A stretch of 64,000 nt of DNA from Eledone cirrhosa. Taxonomy: Eukaryota. The notes under the pieces were generated by a model. That model made no database searches. It was not told the DNA's origin and saw only the letters and a list, made by a program, of their open reading frames with translations. The DNA is taken from contig OZ024743.1 of assembly GCA_964016885.1 (NCBI GenBank), forward strand, positions 296,732,001 through 296,796,000. The letters are read 5' to 3'. The translations under genes were made by a program, and so were the position numbers. Positions within the stretch are counted from its first letter, which is position 1. Each line of letters begins with the position of its first letter. Positions 38,758-50,369 of the stretch are shown one piece after another.

Positions 38758-40260
38758 AAGGAGGTGTTTTATGTACAAGCATACATAGAATAGTCAAACA
38801 TTAACTGAATGAGCACTCAATACGTGTGAGCAGAGTATAAATTTAATTTATCGAAAAAAAAAATTGATAGTTGACCTCAAAGTTTCAGTTGTGCTGCCTC
38901 TTCTGACTGCAAGTTTACTATCATGTTTTGTTTTATGCGCCATTAATCTCATCTACTAATCGGGGATTATACGACCATAGCCGGACATATAGATAAATCC
39001 AAACAAGGTGATAACCTCACAGTCTGAAAAAGGACCACAAACGAAATTTCTATATTACTACCACTTTTTTCTTCAACAGCAGCCACCTCCCATCCACTCT
39101 CACACCAACACATGTGCATTACCTATCCACCAACACACCCACTCACACACATACATATGAAAGAACACACTCACACACACCAACACAGCCATACATACAC
39201 ATCTAATTTTACTAAGGCTACTAATTAATCGTACTAACAGACGACTCTCACACCGACACACATGTACCACACCCAGCACCCACCAACATGCATACATAGA
39301 CACATCAACACGACCATAGTCAAATTTACACATTTAATTATATTAACACCACTAATTAACTAATTAATCATACTAAAGTGACCATGGTCAACTTAAATAT
39401 TAACACTACACTTCTTTACTATCAGTACGTACACACATCACCATAAATCAGCTCAACAACCCGTCCTCACAGTGGTCCTTGTAACTACCCTACCTCATTC
39501 TGTGTCACCACACCTTCACTCCATACCACATACATTGTTACTGCACTACACACAGCAACCCCTCTTCTGGCCACTTCCTGAAATAGCCCAGCTTTGACCA
39601 CTATACACTATTCCTTCCTGCATGCTTCGATTTAGCCATAGAATATAACACACACGGATACAGACAGTCATATACACTCATATTCATAAGCACATTCACA
39701 TACACAGGCCAATAACCACATGAACTCGCCCAAACACACATGCACACAAAAAATTCACAAGCAGATACACACAAACAGAGACACAAAAGAAACAATGCAC
39801 ACCCATGAAATGCAATCTATCTGCACACACACATAACTGAACCCATGACACACCTGAACTTTCCACCTTGGCCCCTACTCCTGCACACAGAACTACTTGG
39901 CTACCCTCCTCAGCCATCTTAAACTTTTTTTTTCTCCAACCTCCAACCTTCCAGCCTCCTTTGTTTTTTTTCTTGAACTATATATGTATGTGTGTGTATA
40001 TATATATATACACACCTTTCCCACCCTTGCAAGCAGGGAAAGGCGGACGTAAAATGAAATGATGATGATGATATATATATATATATCATCATCATCATCA
40101 TCATCACCGTTTTACGTCCGTTCTTCCATGCTAGCATGGGTTAGACGGAGATATATATATATATATACATACATATTTATATGCTAGCGTGGAAGAACGG
40201 ACGTAAAACGGTGATGATGTAATGATGATATGTGTGTGTGTGTTTGTGTACATATATATA

Positions 40261-40301
<41 letters not shown>

Positions 40302-40772
40302 GAAGTAAACGTAATGACAAACATCTGCCACTCAAGAACAAAGTGTTGGCAGTAATAAATATTTACTGTGTGAGTTTTATTGTCAGAATAAGTATTATTA
40401 ATGGGCTTGGTAAAATTGATTCCTAAATTTCTTTCATAATGGAGAGATCTAGAGACCATGACAATTCAATCCTACTCACTGAACATTAAACCTTCACCAA
40501 ACTTGGAAATAAATCCATAATTCATATTATTTTACTGAGATGTTTATTATTGGACAGTGTATATATATATATATATATATATATGAGAAATATTTTGTGC
40601 TTAATGGCTGAGCTCATGCTGTTTTAGTGGCAAGTGGATAACTCAAAATGGTATGACCTCAGCTAGCAGGTACTAACTATATGCAATACATACACTCTAC
40701 TTTCCCAATGATCGAGTACCTAGCTGAACATGGTCTTACTAGTCTAAACTGCTAACTCCAAATCTTTATATA

Positions 40773-40804
<32 letters not shown>

Positions 40805-41126
40805 CACACACATATTAGCGATAGCACTAACATAGTGTATGGGTCCGTACACAACTTTAATCTCTATATTATGTGTATATATATATATATATATACACTA
40901 TACACACATGTATATATATAGATAGATAGATTTGGGTGTACAAACAGGAGAAACAAAACTCAATACATGAGTAGAGCAATATATTTTATTATAGCTATGA
41001 AACTACACCATTGACTCAAGGACTAGGAGTTTCATGCCCAAGAGCACTTATCAGATAGTTTGATAAGTGACATTTTGCATAAAACTCCTGGTCCTTGTGT
41101 CACTTGCACAGACTCACAGATATAGC

Positions 41127-41167
<41 letters not shown>

Positions 41168-41169
41168 CA

Positions 41170-41362
41170 CATGGGTCAACTGAAAAGTTTGTAGGCTGAC
41201 TCTAAAGGAATGATGCTAGTGCTGTGAAATCTTGTATGCATTGATTTCAACTCTTCTTATTAACTGCATTGTTTCTTTCCAGGAACTATGATGAAAAATA
41301 CTCCTCATTTGGTCATTTTATGAGAGTATCTTTGTAACCTTGTAGATGTTTCAGCTGACTCT
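41170..41362. mobile_element. possible Tc1/mariner-type MITE
   Basis: degenerate TIRs gggtcaactgaaaagttt / gatgtttcagctgactc inside microsatellite. Confidence 0.35.
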
Positions 41363-43927
41363 CCTCTCTCTCTCTATATATATATATATATATGCAAAAG
41401 GCAAACAGAAATAACAAAGCAAACAACAGAGTTAATGAAGAGATATATTAGTTTTACACTTGATATAGTAGGGAAAAAAATCATTTTGTATATAGAGCGT
41501 GTACGTGTGTGTTATTTGTCCATACAAAGCTAAGAAGATGTGTGTGTATATATATTTAAGGGAGTGTGTGTGTGTGTATATATATATGTTTATGGGGGTG
41601 TGTGTTAGTTGTTGATCCATACAGAGCTGTGAGGGTAAGTGTAGAGGTGTGTGTGTGTTGTTTGTCAGTACAAGCTGAAAGAGTCTGTGTTTCTGACTGT
41701 AATAGTGCCATAGGAAGGAACCTAAAACTAGTTTGTTATTAAAATGACCGGAAACTAATGCTTTAGGATAGGATAATATGAAAATACTTATATATCACTA
41801 ATACTTTCTTAGAAAACATTACTCTATCTCACAAAAATTACAGTCATAAAATTTATGAAGGAAAATGTATCATTAAAACATCACTCTACACAATAAATAT
41901 TACAAGCTTAAGAGAAAATACAGCACCTTCCCACTTAACAACCAAGTTCTTTTCCACTAACATGGTAGTAAAGCAAATTGGTTGTTAACGAATTCCTCAC
42001 TTAATTACCAAGTTCCATTCCATCAATCTGGTCATAAAATATCTTTAGATATTGTTTTAATGTACTCTGACAGGTGATAAAGTCCATGTAAATATGAAAT
42101 GTTACCAAGTATCAGTTTTATATTAAATTAATTATTTGAATAAAGAAATCTGTAAAGGACTGATGAAAACACTATCTTAGTAACTGTAAATTTGTATTAT
42201 TTTGCAAAACTCTTACAAGCATATAAAAAAAAATTATTTTAAAACAAAAAAATATTTGCTTGATATAGAAGAGTAAAAAATACATAACATAGAAAATTAC
42301 ATACAAGAAATTAAACAAACTATATAATATATAAATATGTGTACACAAAGATTTTACGGTAAGTGTGAGTGATCATTATTGAGATGGTCATTGAGTAAGG
42401 AGTGGCTGTATATCATTCTTTTGATATTTTGTCTTCATTTGATTTTGTTTTTCTTATTCCTTTATCCTTTCTTTTAAATATCCTGTTACTTTCTATCACT
42501 CTCAGCAAACATTGTTACCAATCTTGAATTAATCTAGGTTTTATCAGATACTTTCTCAGCTTTTCCCCCATTTCAATAAGAAAAAAAGAAGAAACTTTCA
42601 TCCCTCCTACTTTGAACTTTCATCTCACTAGAACAAACTTGTTGTGCCAAATCTAAAATATTCTTCCATTTGCAATGGCACTGGGTTAATATCTGGACAT
42701 GTTAGCCCCTAACATAACATTTAGGATCCATCTCTCCATGACTGAATGATTAAGAAAATGTATGTGGATGAATGTGCACATATGTATATATGTGTGTGTG
42801 CATGTGCATGTATGTCTGCTGTAATTGATGTGTATGTGTGTTGCTTGATAAAAGCCAGAGAACCAAAATGATGTGAATGTGTAATCAATCATATCTTCAT
42901 AATTATCATTCATTGTAAACTGGTTTAGTTGTCAATTGTAAATATTATCATTAGCCATGTGTGAGTTGTGTGTTAATGTTTAAGTATATATATATTTAAT
43001 TCATATTAAAAACTTGGTAAAAAATATCCAAAGGGTCAGAGCATTCTGCTTGTGGGACAATTTGTGATATATAATTAAATTAGATTACTACAACAATTAC
43101 ATAGTACAAATACGCATATTTCGTTCACGTATTAGGTAACACCTACTTTTCAATTTGCCATGTTATGGATTAATTCAATCACAAAACATGCATATCTATG
43201 TTATACAATCATTGTCAGACAGTCCTATACGAGCAAGACAACTAATCTTCCCTCAAGTGGGAAAATTCCCGTCCAAAGCCATGCAAGCGTGGAAGATGGA
43301 CGTTAAATGATAATGATGATGATGATGTCATCTAATTTGTGTATATATATATATATATACATATACTTATGTGATAGAATGTTGACTAACCAATGTTGTG
43401 TATGCAATACACCAATCAGTGAATGATGATACAATTAGATTCAAGCACTTGATATCATGTGTATCCTTCCAAATGCGATTTGTTAGTCCATGACAGATTA
43501 TACATATAGCAATGATAATTATAAATGCCTGATGTACATATTTATAATCAGTCGTAATACATATTTCTGTGGTATTCATGATTACATGCTGCTGTGGTCA
43601 CACAACCACCAGCACGACTTCCTCAGGCACCATCTTAGGTAATAAAGTTATGTAATATTGCTAATGCAATACAGGCTATAGACAAGGGGGTGGATGAATT
43701 CAATGCTTCCCTCATCAAAGCCTGTACCCTTGTGAATCCTAGTTCCTTTTACACAGGCGTGTAAGTGGGGGATTGATTGACTTCGCACTACTCCCTTACC
43801 CTCTTGATTTAATTTACAGCTATCAGGATAAGCCTACCAGTCATATATCAAAACTCTTTACTCTGTAGAGTTGGTGAGATATTTCAACTTAATATGACAG
43901 ACACAAAGTTCCATTTAGTCTAAAAGG

Positions 43928-44061
43928 TTATCTTATGTACTGGATTGTTGTAGTCCAGCAACGGCCAACATCATTAATGCCCCCACCACCCAAATAGTAG
44001 GATTCTGGTGGTAACATAGCTCCACTGGTGTCTAGTGAGACAACCCAGGTCATTTCATTTA
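43928..44061 (-). pseudogene. candidate exon of an unidentified minus-strand gene or pseudogene
   Basis: tatttgcag acceptor, open frame NEMTWVVSLDTSGAMLPPESYYLGGGGINDVGRCWTTTIQYIR*, GC above flanks. Confidence 0.35.
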
Positions 44062-45897
44062 CTGCAAATACATATATTGATGAAGAAATGAAATAAATAA
44101 GTTAATTAATGTTAAGATGTTAGGAGTTAAAAGTAAACGTTAAAGATTATGTAGTGTCTAATGATATGAAGTATAAGACCTATGTCATAAATATAATTCT
44201 AGGGAAATATGCAAGAAAAGAGTAAAGTGAGGATATCGAACTAATATAGTAATACAAGAAAATTACAAAAGTAAATAGGAATAAAAAGGGTATTAAAAGC
44301 CTTATTAGAGGTTATAAAAAGTGGGTGTAGAAAAAATATAGATATGCATTTATAACTGTTTGGAAGCTTGTCAGATGGATTGTACCTGTAATTCACATGA
44401 CCAGCCTTGTTAAACACTGTGTCATACTAAATCTCTCTGAGAATTAAATATATTATGGGTACAAGTCTCTGTGGAATACTCAGCCACTTGAATGTTAATT
44501 TCACAAGCAGGCTGTACTTATGACCAAAGAATTGAAACACTGATTGTTGAAACTGACAGAAGTCTAGTTACCTATATATATATATATATATATACACACA
44601 CGTGTGTGTATAAACTACAGTATTTCTGTACATACTGGTACCCATACTACTTTCTACTACAGCCAACCAATTCATAATTTGAATTGTTCTCAGTTATTGT
44701 TATTAATATTGAGGGTGGTAGATTAGTAGAATAATTAGAGTATCAAACAAAATGCCTTGCAGTATTTGTTCTGGTTCATTGGTCAACTTTGCTTTTCATC
44801 TCCTCTAGTTGATAAAATAAGGTACTAATCAACTACTGCAGTCAATTTCATATATTTGAAAGTTCTTATATTTGGAGTCAATATTTTGATGGTTTTCACC
44901 AACAAATTCTAGGTAAATAAGGTTTGGATTTTTGCCCATTTCTCAAACATAAAATACTGGGGTTGGCTTATATTTGAGTATATACTGTAAGTCATCTAAA
45001 TTCTCACACACAGCTAACAGTTCATTCCTGGTGGCATTGAATAAACGCCATTACATCTTCCATAAAGTATATTACTTTGTTGTTAATTCATCTTTCGCAA
45101 CATCCAACTTTTCCCACTACTGTCTGGATTTTTCCTCCCCAGTCTATTAGCAAATGTTAAACTTTGCTCTGCTTCCTTTTAGTTCACTCCTGATTTTGGC
45201 AACTATTTTTACACAGTTAGAACCTATTTCATAAACCAATGAGACCCCCCTCCCCTTCCTTTCAAAAACAAAGAAACAACCTCCTACAAAATGCCTGTTG
45301 CTCTGTGGAAAAAGTTGCTTTTGGTAATAGCATTAAGAAATATTCTATAGAATTCTAATACTTTGACCTTTCTTTGTTACGGAAGTAGCAGCTACCATTT
45401 TAACCCTATTTAGTTTTTAGATACAGAAGCTTATTAATAACACTTAGATATAAACTTCATTTAAATATGAGAGGAAGTGATGAGGATGATAACAATGATG
45501 ATGATGATGATGAATGTGACGGTGTCTAGTATTTCCTGTGAAAATGCTACAGATTATTGGTTAAAGATGTTTAACCAATAAAATTTAACAAGATATAAAA
45601 AGAAACCTTTCTGTAAATTATGTCCATATATCAACAATAAAAAAAAAAATAATTCTTGTCTTTATTTATTAATTTATTTATTCTTATCAAATTGACTTTT
45701 TTTTTAGTTTTTAAAAAATTAACAATTTTGTCCAGTTGTTTCCAAACTATGTCACAACACTAATGTGACACCAATCTATAGGGGTGTTACAAAATTAAAT
45801 CAAAGCTGAACAAATTTCATCAGTATTGTGATCAGAAGCAGTCAGATTTGCCTTGCATCTTCTATTTACTCCAGACCGAGTCGTCCATGTGACTTAC

Positions 45898-46089
45898 ATC
45901 TGACTTTTAGATACCAGAACCTCTCTCATTCACGTCACACTCCACCACATCCCGAGGAGCAATGAGGCAGTCAATAGGCCCAGAATCCTCATGTGACGTC
46001 ACTCATCCTTCCACTTCCAGTAAGGTCCCCCCCCCCCCCCCCCAAACTTCTGGCAGACTCCCTCACGGCAGCTTCACAAGTATTCAGCT
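45898..46089 (-). other. exon-like segment (192 nt) with stops in all frames
   Basis: catttcag acceptor, gtaagt donor, GC-rich body with a G17 run. Confidence 0.3.
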
Positions 46090-47885
46090 CTGAAATGTAT
46101 ATTTGGGATCAGACAATTTTGTCTACAGTTAAACGATGACTGGGAACATGATATAATATTTAATTGTTTAAAAATATTTTATGATTTATCGAGGTGTTTG
46201 GATGATTTGAAATGTTGAAATCCAAACTCATATTCACTACAATGATAAAAGCATTAGAAAATCTGCTGAAATTCCCTGGGGGGACAGAAAATAAGTAACT
46301 AGCAGCCATTACAGAGAATCAATGTTAACCAGAATTCATGAGATACAGTGTTTGATACTCGGAAGTGGGTGCTGTGTTTGGATTTCTACATGTCTAATTT
46401 TAATTGTTTAATTATCAATTTCATTGATTTTGTCTAACAAATCTTAATGTCAGAAAATTTCATTTTTAGATGCAATGTTGCCATTTGGAAAAGTTCTGGT
46501 ATAGGCAAATAGAAACCAATGCGTGAAATAACTGAATGAGGTGCTAGCAGTAGCTTGTAGTTCTATCATCTAATCCCACTAATTAATTTGGGTGATAAAT
46601 TTAATCTGTTGTCTGGTTTAACATTTCCACCTTGCCCTCAAATGCCTTTAGCTGAATGTATTATGTTGCTAACATTCAAACCAGTTCTCTCATTTGAGGA
46701 CACTTTCCTCTCCCCATTAGTCTGCAAGGCCCTGAAAAGATCTATAAGCACTGTCCTTCCTGTCTTGACTAAATAGTAAAAAAGAAGTGGTGGGGAAGAT
46801 TGTTGCATGCAACAATCACTTTTACAAACCAGTTTTGAATGTTTGCATACAGAGACAGGATGGATAACTGCATAAATTATTCACCTAGCTGCCCATTATT
46901 TTGTACAGCAGGCTGTTAGGAATATATACCAGATTATCCAAGAATGTAACCTCTGATGGACCAGTCCCCTGAATAGAGATGGGTGTTTTTGTCTTTCATC
47001 TACTTAACCATTTTATTACCATATGTCTAATGAAATACACTATTTGAATTAATGAAAAATTTAGAGGAATTTACTAAAATTATTAAGATGATATATGTAA
47101 CTTAACAAATTACATAGGAAGATTTAACTTTAATGCCATAAAAAAATCTACTAGGCTTAACCCTGATATTACCATATTTTTTATGGAAGATTTTAATTTA
47201 ATAAAAACCCTTTAACCATCTAGTTTCCATTTTTCTAATGAAAACCACTACCAATATCTAATTTAAATTTTTGAAAATATTGAAGAATCCAGAAAGATTT
47301 AGAAATATAACTAACATTTTCATTATTAAGATGGTCCGAGGTTAACTTTGCCTTTCATCCTTACGGGGTCGATAAAATAAAGTACCAGTAATGTACTGGG
47401 TAATTGATGGCCTTGTGCCAAAAGTAGAAACAATTATTAAGATGGTCTTTCATAAAATTGTGATAGAAGGGTTTTAAATAAATATAAACACTTTAAAACA
47501 AAGTCTTCATAGAATCAGGGGCTGTTTCGGGTGGCTTGGCATCAAAAGGGTTAAAAGGACTGGTTTAATTTCATAGAATAAGAGACAGTTTGGTATGAAT
47601 TGGTATCAAAAAGGTTAATGCCATGAGACAAGCAGTTAGCCATGATAAATCTTCTAGGCTTAAAAAGCCTTTTTACACCTTTAATTGCTGGGCTTTCCTT
47701 GATCCTTATCTGAGTGGTGATAGGAAGGGCATCCAGCTGTAGAAAGTTGCCAAACAAAGGGTTGAAAGGACCCTTCAAGTTATGTCAGACATGACAACCT
47801 CCCCTGTGCATGATGATATAAACAGAACTGATATATATTATAAATAATAATATATAGCATGTTTTCCTTTTCCAATCCATTCTCA

Positions 47886-47963
47886 TATATAGTAACAGTG
47901 GTAGTTAAGGGCCCTGTGGGCAGCTGTACAAATGAAACAGTTCTAGTCCTGTAGAAGTCATTT
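47886..47963 (-). pseudogene. candidate exon lacking a clear donor
   Basis: ttttattatag acceptor; phase-2 frame NDFYRTRTVSFVQLPTGPLTTTVTI joins in frame to 48516-48582. Confidence 0.4.
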
Positions 47964-48515
47964 CTATAATAAAATGTGTATATATATATATAACATTCCT
48001 ACTGAAATTCCAATATTCAAACTCTGTTTCCTGTGATGAGATTTGGGAAAATAGTAATTTTCATATACTTTACAGATCATACTGAGTGTCTTTTCTCGTG
48101 GTACCAGCACTAATGAGATTGTCATATGCTAACATGTGACACCCTCTCTAGTACTGGTACCACAATAAAATGCACCCAGTAGATCCTGTGTTATTGTTGG
48201 CATCACAATTAGATGCTCACAGGCCACTCTATAAAGTGGTAGTGCTAGTGTCACAAAAAATGCACCTAGTACACAGTCATCTAGCCATAGAAACCATGCC
48301 AAATATGGAATATAATAAGCAACACAAGTTGGTCCATCCTATCCGATCTTAGACTGTGACAACCCATACCAGCTTGGAAAGTGGGTGTAAAGTAATAATG
48401 TTGATGATAATCGCACTTCAAACACATTTCATCATAAGTTTGTTTGATAAAGACTGACCTTGGATTATACAATAACAACAACAACCAAAGCTATTGAAAT
48501 TCTAACTAGACTTAC

Positions 48516-48582
48516 AACCACCATAAAATTCTAGAAGTTACATCATTGTTGTCAGCTTTCATCAATTCCATGATTAAAGATT
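48516..48582 (-). pseudogene. candidate exon (67 nt) of the same unidentified gene
   Basis: tttcttatttttag acceptor, gtaagt donor, SLIMELMKADNNDVTSRILWW. Confidence 0.45.
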
Positions 48583-48957
48583 CTAAAAATAAGAAACACG
48601 CACAGCCATAACAAAGATAGTTTGGGGTGAGAATGGATTGGAAAAGGAAAACATGCTATATATTATTATTATTATTATTTATAATATATATCAGATCTGT
48701 TTATATCATCATCGTTTTTACATCCGTTTTTTTCCACACTTGCAAAATATAGATTAAAATATATTATCTCAATAATATACCATAAATAGCTTCATAAGCA
48801 TAAGAGCTAAAATCCAAATTTTCAAAGCTTCATTTACAAAAAGGTATAATAATATATCTTAACTATGTAATGTAATAAATCAAAGTATAGTAAGCAAAAT
48901 GCATTCAAAGACAAATGCAATTCTACTTACATTATGATTGGTAAATTCAATCATATA

Positions 48958-49285
48958 TCTATATATATAAAAACGAAAATGTCTGTCTGTATGCAGTTTT
49001 GTTCATAGGTTATATTTAGCTCCTGGAGCATGTCAACATATAGTTTAAATCTTGCTCCCTTCTAAAATAGCAGTGTTCTGGGGCTATTTAAAGACAGCTA
49101 TGTTGAGGAGAGAGGGGATCTTTATTTACAGTGGTGAAAGGTGTGTCCGGCAATGATGAGCTCTTTAGAGGAGGTCTTTATTTACAGTGGTGAAAGGTGT
49201 GTCCGGCAATGATGAGCTCTTTAGAGGAGGTCTTTATTTACAGTGGTGAAAGATATGCCCAGCAACAACAAGCTATTTTTGCTAG
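48958..49285 (+). mobile_element. short non-autonomous Helitron containing a 56-57 bp tandem repeat
   Basis: A|TCTATATATATAAAAACGAAAATGTCTGTCTGT 5' end; gcccagcaac...tttgCTAG 3' end; about 2.6 copies of ctttatttacagtggtgaaaggtgtgtccggcaatgatgagctctttagaggaggt. Confidence 0.6.
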
Positions 49286-50369
49286 CAAAATAGCCCCATA
49301 TATACATTCAAATCTACCAGCCATCAGCAATTCTTCTCAGATTGTTCTCTAAGCCCCTACCCATGGATTCTCTTGATAATAGATGATAAATCCGAAAATA
49401 TTTGAGATCAATAAAATTGCTAAGGCAAAATTCTACCATTCTCACTGCTTTTATTTTCTATAACTCCTATTGCCTTAGCACTTTTAATCTCACATGCATT
49501 GTTGGAATTCAAAATATATAAACTCATTTATATTTGTATTTCTTATTCCACAATGCTTCAAGCAAACTACAACAGTTTGTTATATATGTATGTATATATC
49601 ATCATCATCATTTTACGTCCGCTTTTCCCTGCTTGCAAGGGTGGGACGGGAACTGATTCTGGCTTGATTTCTACAGCTGGATGTCCTTTCTAACACCAAC
49701 CTCATTTACAGTGAGTGCTGGGTGCTTTTTTTTCTGTGGCACCTCCACGTCCACGTTACAGTGAGTGCTGGGTGCTTTTTTGCCATGGCTCCGCCACGAC
49801 CACTTTGCAGTGGAATGATAGGGACTCCAGTCCTATCATCTCATTTCAGCTGAGTAAACTGGAGCAATGTGAAATAAAGTGTCTTGCTCAAGGAAACAAC
49901 ATATCACCATATATATATATATGTGTGTGTGTATGTAAAAGGTAAACAGAAATAACAACACAATCGGTACTGTATGGAAGGAATATATTAGGTTAATGCT
50001 TGAAATAGCAGGAAGAGGGTCTTAACGTTTCGGACCCTAGTCCATTATCAGAAGAAAGAATGAGAAATAAGATAGATTGAAGGGATAGGTGGGGTGGAGT
50101 TGGAAAAAAATGTCTTTAGATGAAAATAACAGGTCCATTCATGTTGGCATATATATGTATATTCTGTATTTTCCTCTGTAAATATATCACAGTGTTGCTA
50201 GTATGTTTGGAGAATGTCAGAGAGCACTATTTCAAGATTTGTCAATCTTTCATCAGAAATACTCATTCAACCTGTACTGGCATAAAATAGACTAGAGTCT
50301 ATATAGAATTTTCCGTGATGATCATTTGCTGGAAATGTTCATTTGCATATAGAGCAAACGTGGCCAATT

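Noticed and set aside
44015-44050. vWA MIDAS motif (SLDTSGAM)
   Set aside because: Lacks the second Ser of DxSxS, and the frame ends too soon for a vWA fold
45898-46089. Selenoprotein exon (one frame has four TGA and no TAA/TAG)
   Set aside because: No recognisable selenoprotein motif or SECIS seen; chance or decay is the simpler explanation
46600-46970. Further minus-strand exons after the acceptor-like sites near 46731 and 46968
   Set aside because: Frames hit stops, donors are weak and there is no homology support
50200-50270. Minus-strand exon MSISDERLTNLEIVLS
   Set aside because: No compatible splice sites; at most a faint resemblance to a hAT transposase tail
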